Of a DNA stretch of 64,000 nucleotides, positions 36,299 through 48,847 are shown one piece after another. A model generated the notes under the pieces. It did no database searches. It worked only from the letters and a program-made list of their open reading frames with translations, and was not told the DNA's origin. Origin of the DNA: Heptranchias perlo (lineage: Eukaryota); the NCBI RefSeq assembly GCF_035084215.1, contig NC_090338.1, positions 40,114,001 to 40,178,000 of the forward strand, in the 5' to 3' direction. The translations under genes and the position numbers were made by a program. Numbering within the stretch: the stretch's first letter is position 1; each line of letters starts with the position of its first letter.

Positions 36299-38215
36299 GT
36301 GTGGTGCAGTGGGGCACTTTTTCATAGAATCATAGAAGTTTACAACAGGGAAACAGGCCCTTCGGCCCAACATGTCCATGTCGCCCAGTTTATACCACTG
36401 AGCTAGTCCCAATTGCCTGCACTTGGCCCATATCCCTCTATACCCATCTTACCCATGTAACTGTCCAAATGCTTTTTAAAAGACAAAATTGTACCCGCCT
36501 CTACTACTGCCTCTGGCAGCTCGTTCCAGACACTCACCACCCTTTGAGTGAAAAAATTGCCCCTCTGGACCCTTTTGTATCTCTCCCCTCTCACCTTAAA
36601 TCTATGTCCCCTCATTATAGACTCCCCTACCTTTGGGAAAAGATTTTGACTATCTACCTTATCTATGCCCCTCATTATTTTATAGACTTCTATAAGATCA
36701 CCCCTTAACCTCCTACTCTCCAGGGAAAAAAGTCCCAGTCTATCCAACCTCTCCCTATAAGTCAAACCATCAAGTCCCGGTAGCATCCTAGTAAATCTTT
36801 TCTGCACTCTTTCTAGTTTAATAATATCCTTTCTATAATAGGGTGACCAGAACTGTACACAGTATTCCAAGTGTGGCCTAACTAATGTCTTGTACAACTT
36901 CAACAAGACATCCCAACTCCTGTATTCAATGTTCTGACCAATGAAACCAAGCATGCTGAATGCCTTCTTCACCACCCTATCCACCTGTGACTCCACTTTC
37001 AAGGAGCTATGAACCTGTACTCCTAGATCTCTTTGTTCTATAACTGTCCCCAACGCCCTACCATTAACGGAGTAGGTCCTGGCCCGATTCGATCTACCAA
37101 AATGCATCACCTCACATTTATCTAAATTAAACTCCATCTGCCATTCATCGGCCCACTGGCCCAATTGATCAAGATCCCGTTGCAATCCTAGATAACCTTC
37201 TTCACTGTCCACAATGCCACCAATCTTGGTGTCATCTGCAAACTTACTAACCATGCCTCCTAAATTCTCATCCAAATCATTAATATAAATAACAAATAAC
37301 AGCGGACCCAGCACCGATCCCTGAGGCACACCGCTGGACACAGGCCTCCAGTTTGAAAAACAACCCTCTACACCCACCCTCTGTCTTCTGTCGTCAATCC
37401 AATTTTGTATCCAGTTGGCTACCTCACCTTGGATCCCGTGAGATTTAACCTTATGTAATAACCTACCACGCGGTACCTTGTCAAAGGCTTTGCTAAAGTC
37501 CATGTAGACCACGTCTACTGCACAGCCCTCATCTATCTTCTTGGTTACCCCTTCAAAAAACTCAATCAAATTCGTGAGACATGATTTTCCTCTCACAAAA
37601 CCATGCTGACTGTTCCTAATCAGTCCCTGCCTCTCCAAATGCCCGTAGATCCTGTCTCTCAGAATACCCTCTAACAACTTACCCACTACAGATGTCAGGC
37701 TCACTGGTCTGTAGTTCCCAGGCTTTTCCCTGCCGCCCTTCTTAAACAAAGGCACAACATTTGCTACCCTCCAATCTTCAGGCACCTCACCTGTAGCGGT
37801 GGAGGACCCGCAATTTCCTCCCTAACCTCCCATAACGCCCTGGGATACATTTCATCAGGTCCCGGAGATTTATCTACCTTGATGCGCGTTAAGACTTCCA
37901 GCACCTCCCTCTCTGTAATATGTACACTCCTCAAGACATCACTATTTATTTCCCCAAGTTCCCTAACATCCATGCCTTTCTCAACCGTAAATACCGATGC
38001 GAAATATTCATTTAGGATCTCACCCATCTCTTGTGGTTCCGCACATAGATGACCTTGTTGATCCTTACTTCTGGGATCTGAGTTTGAATCCTACTCATAG
38101 CAATGAAAGAAAATGTCTCTCACTGTCCCAGTGCTAGCTGTAGGGGTCGTACTTGAGTTTGACAAGTTTGACCTAATTCATTGTGGGTGTGAAAAACGCC
38201 CACCAATAGTAAGAC
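36299..38215 (+). mobile_element. Old tRNA-SINE (LF-SINE-like) split by the CR1 (36299-36321 + 38067-38215)
   Basis: A-box-like GTGGTGCAGTGG before the CR1, and B-box-like CTGGGATCTGAGTTTGAATCC right after it. Confidence 0.45.
36322..38066 (-). mobile_element. Young CR1 LINE, 5'-truncated
   Basis: ORFs 37764-38027 and 36403-37785 (460 aa RT), with tail TCATAGAATCATAGAA at 36322. Confidence 0.97.
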
Positions 38216-38487
38216 AGAAATGGAAAAAACAAGTGCAGTAGAATGTATGGGTTAAGGCATCAGAAATGTTCTTGCAGCAGTATAAAGGGAGCTTCAGTCT
38301 ACATTTGCCAAAGCTAGGACTGCTTGATGTTGACATCCCTTTCCTTTGAATAACACAAAAGTTGACAACCACCTCCAAAACATTACAGAAAAGAAAAGAA
38401 AATTGCCATAGGCAAGTTTAGATCATGTTGTACACTGAACTTAATTTTATTCAGTGAGATGTTTACACCCTCGTCTGTTTTTTTTTT

Positions 38488-38657
38488 ACTCGTTCATGGG
38501 ATGTGGGCGTCGCTGGCGAGGCCGGCATTTATTGCGCATCCCTAATTGCCCTTGAAAAGGTGGTGGTGAGCCGCCTTCTTGAACTGCTGCAGTCCGTGTG
38601 GTGACGGTTCTCCCACAGTGCTGTTAGGAAGGGAGTTCTAGGATTTTGACCCAGCGT
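38488..38657 (-). mobile_element. 3' end of the tRNA-headed LINE family
   Basis: Matches 21371-21538, with a poly-A tail (T run at ~38478-38487 on plus). Confidence 0.9.
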
Positions 38658-39740
38658 GATAGGTAACATAGTAGGTACAGCACAGGAGGAGGCCATTCAG
38701 CCCATCGTCCCTGTGCTGGCTCTTTGAACGAGCTATTGAATTAGTCCCATTCCCCTGCTCTTTCTCCACAGCCCTGTAAATTTTTTCCCTTCAAGTATTT
38801 ATCCAATTATCTTTTGAAAGTTACTATTAAATCTGCTTCCACCACCCTTTCAGGCAGTGCATTCCACAGCATTACAACTCGCTGAGTAAAATAATGTTTC
38901 CTCATGTCGCCTCTGGCTCTTTTGCTGATCACCTTAAATCTGTGTCCTCTGGTTACAGATGTTAATTGTATCATGTGATTTATATCAATTAGTGTTAATT
39001 TCATCTGGAATGTGTCTTCCCATTTCAGCAATCTGTCTATGTTCTCCTGAAGTCTGTTACTATCCTTCACATTGTTTACTACGTTTCCGAATTATACCCT
39101 CTTTGCCCAAGTCCAGGTCATTATTATATATCAAAAAGAACCGTGGTCCTAATACTGACTCCTGGGGAACACCGCTGTATATACTTCCCACCAGTCTGAA
39201 AAACAACAGTTCACCACTAGGGGGCGGTGGCAACGCGGATACAGAATTGGCTAAGTAACAGGAAACAGAGAGTAGTGGTGAACGGTTATTTTGCAGACTG
39301 GGGGGAGGTGTACAGTGGTGTTCCCTAGGAGTCGGTGCTGGGACCACTGCTTTTCTTGATATATATTAATGACTGGGACTTGGGTGTACAGAGCAAAATT
39401 TGCAGTTGACACGAAACTTGGAAGGGTAGTGAACAGTGAGGAGGATAGTGATAGACTTCAAGGGGACATAGACAGGCTGGTGGCATGGATGGATACGTGG
39501 CAGATGAAATTTAACGCAGAAAAATGCGAGGTGATGCATTTCGGTAGGAAGAATGATGAGAGGCAATATAACCTAAAGGGCACAATTCTAAAAGTGATAA
39601 AGGAATAGAGGTATATGTACACAAATCTATGAAGATGGCAGGGCAGGTTGAGCAATGGTTAAAAAAGCATACGGGATTCTGGGCTTTATAAATAGAGGCA
39701 TAGAGTACAAAAGCACGGAAGTCATGTTGAACCTTTATAA

Positions 39741-39935
39741 TGTGGAGATGCCGGTGATGGACTGGGGTTGACAATTGTAAACAATTTTACAACACCAAGT
39801 TATAGTCCAGCAATTTTATTTTAAATTCACAAGCTTTCGGAGGCTTCCTCCTTCGTCAGGTACCTGACGAAGGAGGAAGCCTCCGAAAGCTTGTGAATTT
39901 AAAATAAAATTGCTGGACTATAACTTGGTGTTGTA
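39741..39935. mobile_element. Penelope-like insertion forming a perfect 148-bp palindrome (39788-39935)
   Basis: Centre CAGGT|ACCTG, TSD GAACCTTTATAA at 39729-39740 and 39936-39947, hammerhead cores on both arms. Confidence 0.9.
39862..39897 (+). ncRNA. Minimal type I hammerhead ribozyme core (stem I truncated at palindrome centre; mirror copy on minus 39826-39861)
   Basis: CTGACGA-A-GGAGG AAG CCTCC-GAAA-GCTT-GTGAA. Confidence 0.75.
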
Positions 39936-41634
39936 GAACCTTTATAAAACAGTGGTTTAGCCACAGCTGGAGTTTTGTGTCCAGTTTTGGACACTGCACT
40001 TATGAAAGGTGGCCTTAGAAAGCGTGCAGAAGAGTTTTCTGGAATGATTACAGGGATGAGGGACTTTAGTTATGTGGATGGACAGGAGAAGCTGGGCTTG
40101 TTCTCCTTGGAACAGAGAAGGTTGAGAGGAGATTTGATAGAGGTGTTCAAAATCATGAAGGATCTGGACAGAGTAGATAGAGAGAAACTGTTCCCATTGG
40201 CAGAAGGGTCAAGAATTAGAGGGTATAGATTTAAGGTGATTGGCAAAAGAACCAAAGGTGACATGAGGAAAAACTTTTTTACATAGCGAGTGGTTATGAT
40301 CTGGAATGCACTGCCCGAGGGGGTGGTGGAGGCAGATTCAATCATGGCCTTCAAAAGGGAACTGGATAAATACTTGAAAGGAAAAAAATTGCAGGGCTAC
40401 AGGGCTAGGGTGGGGGCGTGGACTCGATGGGCTGAATGGCCTCCTTCCGTGCTGTAACCTATGTATGATTCTATTCTCTGCTTTCTGTCCCTTAGCCAAT
40501 TTTGTACCCACACTGCCACTGTCCCTTTAATCCCATGGGCTTTAATTTTGCTAACAAGTCTATTATGTGGTACTTTATCTAATGCCTTTTGAAAGTCCAT
40601 ATATACAACATCAACCGCACTATCCTCATCAAACCTCTCCATTACTTCATCAAAGAACTCAATTAAGTTAGTCAAACTCGATTTTCTTTTAACAAATCCA
40701 TGCTGACTTTTCCAAGTGCCGAATAGTTTTGTCCTGGATTATTGCCTCTAAAAATTTCCCCACCATTTTTTTTCTTAATAATGTAGGGTCAATTTTAATT
40801 TTAGTTTATCTTGCATCAAGAGCAATCTTGTGTGCAGTAGATAAAGACTCTCTGCTTATGCATAAATATAGTTTACTACAGCCCCAAAATTTCGTGAATC
40901 CCTCTTCACTGGCAGAAGTTCAGTGGAGTGGAACTCCCAGCCACCCATACCCATGGACAGAGCCCTGTCCCAAATTGCAGGAAAGGGGTTATTTACACAA
41001 TAGGAATGTGCAGCCCACATCTGTAAGGGCACATCAGAGATACTCGCCCCAACAGCTTCCAGGAAATCAGAACTGCGCCATGCCACTCCAATGTTGGAAC
41101 AAAGGCCCAAGAAGGGACAAAGAATAAATTATGCCATCTTTTTAAAGTGCTTCTATAGAAGTCAATGGCCATGCTCAGAAAGAGAATCAATTATCTTTTC
41201 CTGGTGCAGTCCTGGCGTCTCCTCAGTGGAACTCATGCCAGTTCTCAGCTGCCAATTGTTCAATTGGGCTGTACCAGGGTGTAATAGGTGGAGTTCCAGG
41301 AGTACCCTGAGAACTCCCCCGAATGTGCCCTCTTGATATAGGGAGGGTGGGTGGAAGCCTGGAATTTTTTGCGCTTTTTGTACTGGACAGAAACCTGCTC
41401 TGTATTCCGGACCCCAATGGGAGACCCACCCTCTTACTGCCCTCCCCGGCCCCTGGAATTTTGGGGCTCAAATAAAAATACACACATGAATTGTGCATAA
41501 TTTTGCTTACACTCAATTATACATGGAAATTTGGGCACTTTTAATAGTTACTGTAGGATACCTGACCCCTCTGTAGTTTTCTGGATCATCTATAACATAT
41601 GATTCACATTTATGAACCAACAACTGGTATATAG

Positions 41635-41780
41635 TTTTAAAATGAAGCAGAGGAAAGTTATAGGGCTATGGGGAGAGAGTGGGCAGTGGAATTATTTTTG
41701 AATTGCTCTAACAGGGTCGGCATAGATATAATGTGTTGAATGGCCTCCCCCTTTGCTGTAATCTCCTATGGTTCTATGAC
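41635..41780 (+). mobile_element. CR1 3' tail
   Basis: GGGCTATGGGGAGAGAG..GAATGGCCTCC..CTATGGTTCTATGA. Confidence 0.75.
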
Positions 41781-43045
41781 TGAATTGCCTTTGGAAACAT
41801 ATTGACATCCATACTGAATAGGCAAGACTGATTTGCTTTCTACTTATTTCAGTAGTGCGTGAATCTGAGTTAAAATTACTTGCTCCAACTTGCAAGTAGT
41901 ATTACATAATGAAATTGTTCAACATAAGCTATGGAGAAACAGGGCAGCAACATCTGTAAAATGAATGGAACATAAAAGCTTCCTATTGTATTTTATTCTT
42001 GCAGTAAATAACTGTTGTATGTCACACTATACTTATAGTGATACTTCAAAATGTTTCAAGAGTGATTTTTTATTTCAGAGTAAAACATGATATAGTAGTG
42101 ATAGACCTAGGACTCACCATACACCAGATACCATAAATTATTTGTTTAATTATTTATACCCATTACTTTGAAGTTAGAACTCAACTGAATCCTGATTCCA
42201 CACATCATGACTGGTGACAGCAGGAAGGGATGCTACCTGTAGTGAGAGAGTGAACCAGTATATCTATTCTGAACAACCAGGAGTAAAATCAGGAAGCTGT
42301 GTTTGGTATATAATGTCATTAATATTCTAATCGTGAATTCAAATTTGAGGGAGGGGTGCATTAAATCAAACATGAGCCAGTTTAGTTTTTCTTTATTCCT
42401 CAAAAGTTATTTGAAATTAATACAGTTAGATTTAGATAAAATAGTTTCAGTTGATCAGGCCATAGGATCATATACCTAAATAAGAAATTGATCTTATTAA
42501 AAATGAATATTATGTTTCATTGTACTTCAACTCAACATTTGCAATGGTTCAAGTTGCAGACATATTTCACATGTTGCTGTATAGGTATTATTGCATCAGA
42601 CAAAATGAGAGTTTGTGTAGCTTACACTACTGAAATGTCTCAGGACAAAGATTTATGAGTACATACAGATAGTAGTGTACTGTGGCACTAATGAATATTA
42701 AGGAAAGGAGACTCTGAGAAAGTGGTAAGATCAGTGCTAGCATTCTCGCTTATCAACATGTTACTATGAATTTAAATAACTCGTTGCTTTCTAAGATTTG
42801 GAGACCATTATTTTCATGATGAGTTCATCACTTTAACAGGTCGTAATTAATGAGAAACTCCATTGCTGTGAAAGAGGAACGATGGTCTTTAATAGATTCC
42901 AGTCAGACAAGTGCTTGTTTCAAATGAATGGGAGGGGGTGGGGGATGGCGGGACAGAGAGCAATGTTAAAATAAAACATGCTTTAAATTGTAATCCTGTG
43001 TTTTGTTAAAGTCCGTTGGATAAAAATTTTGGAATGGGTACTGCC

Positions 43046-43933
43046 TTGGGTTCCCAACCCTCCTAGTTTCATCTGGAGTCTCCCGAAATCAGCAGTTCCT
43101 CTCCCGAGCGTTGCTGCTGGCAACTTGGGAGAAATGTTGGTCGTATTGCCAGTTTGCGCATGCACGTTGGCATTGCAGTCTGTCCCTGTGCAGGGTGAAC
43201 GAACTGTTGGATACCGCTCTACTCACCACTTCAGTTTTCATTCAGGCACCAGTTACATGAGGCTCCACTGTGTGGTGTAATTTCCCGCCTCTGGCCCAGT
43301 GATGTCACTCCCACCACCGCAGAGAACTGGGAAGGGCTGGAACATCGGGAACAATCGAGCGTTGGGAATCAGGGGGGAACTCAGGACTTGGGATTCAGGG
43401 AGAGATGGAGACAGGGGAATGGGGGCTTGGGGGGAGGGCTGGAGACTGGGGAATGGAGGGGTTGGAGGGAAAGATGGAGTCTGAGGGATGGGGGCATCGG
43501 GGAGAGAGGGAGACGGAAATGGGGGCTCGGGAGAGATGGAGACTGGGGAATGGGGGCTCAGGGGAGAGAGGAAGACTGGAGGCTAGGGAATGGGGGCTTG
43601 GGGAGAGTGGGAGAAGGGAATGGGTGCTTGAGGGAGCGATAGAGACTGCGGAAGGGGGGCTAGGGAAAAGGAGACTGGGGAATTGGGGCTCGAAGGGAGA
43701 GATGCAGACTGGGGAATGGGGGCTCGGGCAGAGAGATGGAAACTGGGGAATCGGGGCTTGTGAGGAGAGTGGAGACTGGGGACTCGGGGAGATGGGAATG
43801 GGAGTTCAGGGGGAGAGATGGACATGGGAATGGGGGCTGGGAGAGAGATGGAGCCTGGGGAATGAGGTCACGTGGTCAGAACATCATGTGATCAAACCTC
43901 TAGGAATGCCTCCAACCAGAGTTGGCAACCCTA
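43046..43933. mobile_element. hAT-like MITE with internal G/A-rich minisatellite
   Basis: TIRs TTGGGTTCCCAAC / GTTGGCAACCCTA, imperfect 8-bp TSD GTACTGCC/GCACTACC, and degenerate GGAGACTGGGGAATGGGGGCT units at 43390-43865. Confidence 0.72.
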
Positions 43934-44174
43934 GCACTACCATGCAGGATATCCACACAACACACTGCAAATGACTGTCCCTACTGCAACATCCATCTTG
44001 GCCCCTAATTACTTATACATACTGAGCTAGCAACCTACTCCTGGGAGTTTGTATCTACAAAGAGGGATTTTTGAGTGTTGCAGCAACAAAGTGTTTTCCT
44101 TCTCCTCCCCCTCATCTCAAATGCATTCACTGTAGGATTGGATACTTCGACCACGTTTTTCGTCACCCCTCCTA

Positions 44175-44284
44175 ATGCCTCCTTTGGCTCAGTGTCAATT
44201 TTTGTCTGGTTACGCTTCTGTGAAGCACCTTCGGATGTTTTTCTATGTTAAAGACGCTATATAAATGCAAATTGTTGTTGTTGT
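44175..44284 (+). mobile_element. L2-type 3' tail
   Basis: CTGTGAAGCACCTT..TATATAAATGCAAATTGTTGTTGTTG. Confidence 0.8.
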
Positions 44285-44699
44285 AAAAATTGGTGTCAGA
44301 CAATACAGTTGGATAAAAAGTGCACAAAGAAGTGAAGGAAGTGTGCAGTTTTTCCTGTATTAAAGAATGGCAGTTCACAAGGTTACAGAAACAATGAATG
44401 TAGGCATTTTACATTGTAATGATGGTTAAATGACCTGTTTGCCTTTTGCACATTCAGGATCTGTTTCGGTTTGAAATTTGTACACTGAGACTTTACTACA
44501 AAGCAGCTTCTATAAGTTGTAAAGACAGTGGTAAGCAAGCTTCAACAAAGGTCTTATTTAAGGTCTTTCATAAATTACAAGTGAAATACATTGATTAAAG
44601 AAATGAAAGCACCATTTTAAAATTCAAGTTAATGAATCCTCTGAATTTAATTCTCATTTCATATGAACTGAAGGGAAGGGATTTAAACATTGATACTGT

Positions 44700-45720
44700 T
44701 TCTCACCAATGGAGGATTCCTGAAAGAGCATGGGCGTATTTGCAATGGTACCCTGGAGATAATGATGCATGCAGTGAACCAAAGAGACTTGCCCTGATTG
44801 CCCATGTTATCTTTCCCAGAAAAGAACTGTTCAAAAGGTTTGGCAGAAGATATCTGGTGGGGTCATTGCTCTCTCAGTAGATCTGGCTGCAAAAGTGGAA
44901 GTGGCAAACCTGAAGGAAGGTGCCAAGATAATGCTGCCCAGAAAATTCCTAGAGTAAATAGCAAATGTCTGTCCCAAGTATGAATGCCACAAAGAACCCC
45001 ATCTCCCATCCAATAGCTGTTATGCAGTCTTACAGCTTGGCCAGATATGTGGGATGCAAGTTCCTTTTGAAACTTGTCACACTGAATTTTGAACAGTGAT
45101 TCATTCAGCAAATCTTTCCAGCACACTTGAGGTGCATGGTGCATGTTTAGTTACTGACACACAGGAAGGGATGCAGGATGGTCATATGAATGTCACCAGT
45201 GATACCCTATATTTTGTGAAATGCAGACGTGTGGTACAATTGGGCAGCTTGGTCTTACTACAGTTGATATTCAATAGAAAAATAAATGGAAGTGCTGGCC
45301 CTGCTGAGAAATACATCAGTCATTTTTGATACATCTGTGGGTAGTAGATAGGCTGACACTGCAGATGATCCCTATGCGAGCCTGGAAGAAGAGGGAGGGT
45401 AACAGATGAGAGAGGAGATGATCTTGTTTGCCACTGGCAGTTTTGCCTGTACTGTAGAGGTTGGCTGCAGGTATCCTTACAGGAGATGGCGCAGCTCTGA
45501 ACTCCATCTGTGCTGACCAGGAGATGAAGGAGGCAGTTCCCCATAGTCTCTGTCTGAGCTTGCAGAAATGGTTGATGGTATAAAAGTGGTTGTGGCAAAC
45601 TTGCCTCTGATGTCAGTTTATCTCCCTGGCATGCTCTCTGATATTTTTCTTTGAGAATAAAAACCTGTGTGAGGGGCACTTTGAAAGCAAGCCCCTTCCC
45701 CACGTGCAATAATGTTGCTG
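44700..45720 (-). mobile_element. Highly decayed Harbinger transposase remnant
   Basis: SLFFQARIGIICSVSLSTTHRCIK resembles HARBI1 GSFQ..GD.C.ISQ..AHRCI. Boundaries are uncertain. Confidence 0.4.
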
Positions 45721-46099
45721 TCATTTAATGCCCATTTTCAATGGGCTGACTTAAAACATAGAACAACGAAAGCTTTATCACAATTCCTCATTGACATAAA
45801 TTATGCACACATAATAAAGGCCTCATACATTTTTGGGTGAGCAAAAATCACCAGTAGGCAAAGTAAAGGAAAATAACATGGTTTATATCACTGTGTCCCC
45901 ATTTACCGTCCCACTGATTGAAAACTATACTCTCTTCTCTTTGATTTGTTTATTTGGCGCAAAAGAATTGTGTTCATGTACGATTTGACATCTTATCAAA
46001 TGAAATATCTGTATTATGTAATTTGACTTGTGCTGTAGCTGATTTTATTTCAATTTCATCACTTCACTATTTATACTGCATTTATAGGTCTAAATATCA

Positions 46100-46392
46100 C
46101 TGTGGCTCAGTGGTAGCATTCTCACCATTGAGTCAGGAGGTTGTGGGTTAAAGCCTCACCCCACTACTTGAGGGCACATCCAGGCTGACTCAGTACTGCA
46201 CTGGGGTGTGCTGTATTGACGGATGTGCTGTCTTTTGGATGAGATGTTAAACCAAAGCCTCATCTGCCTGTTCAGGTGGATGTAAAAGAATCCATGGCAC
46301 TTTTTCAAAGAAGAGCAGGATGTTTTCTTGGAGTCCTGGCCAACATTTATCGTATTTATAATATTACCAAAACAGATTAACTGGTTATTTGT
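46100..46392 (+). mobile_element. tRNA-derived Deu-domain SINE (SacSINE1/AmnSINE1-like)
   Basis: A box TGGCTCAGTGG, B-box-like GGGTTAAAGCC, and Deu-type core GTCTTTTGGATGAGATGTTAAACC..CAGGTGGATGTAAAAGAATCCATGGCAC..GAAGAGCAGG..GTCCTGGCCAACATTTATC. Confidence 0.82.
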
Positions 46393-46793
46393 TCACCCAT
46401 AGAATCAACCTGGTCTATTTTAGATTGCCCACATAGTGCATATCCATCATGACAGGACCTCTTCTGTCTTTACTGCTGATATCCTTAATTGCCTGGGGAG
46501 GTAAGGTATTTTTAACGAGTGTTGTTAATTGTTTTCTTCAGCTTGGTGCAGGCCCTAATTGATTTTCATTCTGAATACATGAGAACCAATTTGGTAGCCA
46601 TTTTTTGCTGATCATCTGTTGTACTGGTTTAATGGAATCAATGTATAAAAATATTGATTTTTTTTTTAGAGGTACTGTAAAAAAATACTGGACAAGTGTT
46701 CACCCAAATTGGTGCTAGCACTAGCATAAATGTAGGATGAGGAAAGTGCATTTTTATTGCAAAGCAAAGAATGGATTCCACTCCCCACATTAG

Positions 46794-47654
46794 GGGTTCG
46801 ATTTTACAATGGTGGCGGGTTGGCAGCAAGGGGGTGAAGTTGCACGTGGCAAACCTGCACAAACAAAACTTACCATTTCCGACGCGATTGCATGGTGATT
46901 GCTGATGATTGTCCTTGCCGGGTTTCGCGCCCGGCAGCCAGCCTGATTAATAGGCTGGCTGCCGTCAGGAGCTGCAACACGAGGAGGGGGGAGAGAAAGA
47001 GAGAGAGCGAGACGTCATCTGTGCTGGAACGGAAGATCGGGGCGGGGGAGAGTGGAAGATCGGGGGGTGAAGAGGGGAAGATCGGGCAGGTGAAGGGGGA
47101 ATATCAGGGGGTGCAGAGGGGGACATCGGGGGGGTGAAGAGGGGAAGATCAGGCGGGTGAAGGGGGAATATCGGGGGGTGCAGAGGGGAACATCGGGGGG
47201 GTGAAGAGGGAGAGATCGGAGAGGGGGACATCGGAGCAGGGTGGAAAGGTAGGTTGATTTTGTGTTTTAACTTCCTTCTATGGTTTTTAATTTAATTTAT
47301 TTTGTTTCTTTTTCCTTGATCCGGCCCTTCACGCCTGGTTACACCAGATGTGAATCATAAGCGGTGGGCAAGCTGCCCGGGTAAGTTAAAAATCGTTACA
47401 CTCACTTAATCTGTCACAGGTAAAGTGCCTTAAGTACCTCAATGAGGTACATTTGGCTCTTTAACTGTCATCCCGCCAACTTTAATTGCCGGCGGGACTT
47501 CTGGATTTGGGACGCCCGCGAGCACACGGGTGGGTCCCTGGGAAACTCGGAAGTCGGCGGGTTGGAGCCAACTTCCGAGCCCGAATGGGATTTCCGCGAT
47601 TTTCGGAGCCCCCCACCCTGTATGCACCTGCAATTTCCCCCTAAAATTGAGCCC
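46794..47654. mobile_element. Harbinger-type MITE with internal GGGGAAGATCGGGG tandem repeats
   Basis: TIRs GGGTTCGATTTTA / TAAAATTGAGCCC, TSD TAG. Confidence 0.88.
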
Positions 47655-48847
47655 TAGATGTCACTTTAATAAGTATCGGATGTAAATGCTGCTACTATAT
47701 AAGAAAACTATCGTGCTTCATTAAATAGCGTTTTTTAAACCTAGGAATAGATTCATGATTTTCTGGGGATAGAAATCATATATTTGAACTTGTGATACGA
47801 AGCTTTTAATTATTATCTTTTTTGTCACTGCTGCCACTTAGTCTTTTGCATATGGTTTTAGTGTTGCAAAGTGTGTGGTAATCAAGTGACAGCTGCAAAA
47901 CAGGGCAACCCAATCTTTTAACTATTTTGTCATGATGATTGCTGCATAGGATTAATGTTGGAACAAGGTAAAAATACCTTTCAGCACAGAGGCTGATAAA
48001 AAGCATTCATTTGTAGTGGTGCTAATGGGGCCAAACTTGTACTGTTGTGCCAGGGTGAGAATTGGTTGGAGACTAGTACGAGCTGTAGAATTAAACACTA
48101 ACTTTGATTTGCCAGAAGTATTATAAGGTTTTAAGTGGCTCTTGTGTTGATTAAATACTGATGTTGAAGACTTTAACAGGAATTTAATGTCATAGAAATA
48201 AATGGGTAAAATATGCACATGAATCAAACTTGCACTTATCGGACTTGCTTAAGTGGATTAGCCTGCAGTTTAAAATTATATCAAGCAGATCAAACACAGT
48301 CTAATGTAATTGAATCAAAAGCAGTTATGGGAATTATATGATGGAATTTTCTAGGATAAGATTTTGTTTAAAGAAAATATAAACGTGTCACTTGCGTATA
48401 TATGCTCATTCTTCACCAATTATTTTTAAATAAAGTTCCAATTCAAATATTTGTTCAATGAACATAAATTAAGAAGCAAGGCTTTGGCTCGTGCTGATCT
48501 CAATGGATAAATAGTTCTTTAAAAACAAAAGGTTTTAACTTTTTTTATGGAGATAACTTTCCAAAACAGCTGAAGTTTGGTTTGAAGGTATTACCAGGAA
48601 AAATGATCATCATTTGATACAGTTGTAGAACGAATCAAAAATAATAGGAACATTGATTCTAGCAGAGAGGACCAGATCTCGGCAGTGAACTGGCTTAACA
48701 GTAATTTGTTAAAGCAGCTGCTGGAAAACTGAGAAGTTATGGATCAAGACCTTTCAAGCCTTGAACAATACATTCATAGCTAAGTTAGGCAAATCAATTT
48801 CCTTCTGTAATATATCATTTTTAAAATCATAAAATCAATCATTCAAA

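Larger units (their letters stand above)
39220..40473 (+). mobile_element. CR1 3' portion with nested Penelope palindrome
   Basis: KFAVDTKLG, RRLRGDLIEVFK, and ATGATTCTA tail. Confidence 0.92.
38660..40765 (-). mobile_element. CR1 (38660-39218 + 40474-40765), split by an antisense CR1
   Basis: RT motifs GVPQESVLGP and DVVYMDFQKALD. The sequence TTCACCACTA|TTCTCTGCTTTCTGTCCC is contiguous across the insertion. Confidence 0.85.

Noticed and set aside
43299-43974. Gly/Trp/Glu-rich ORFs
   Set aside because: Translation of a G-rich minisatellite.
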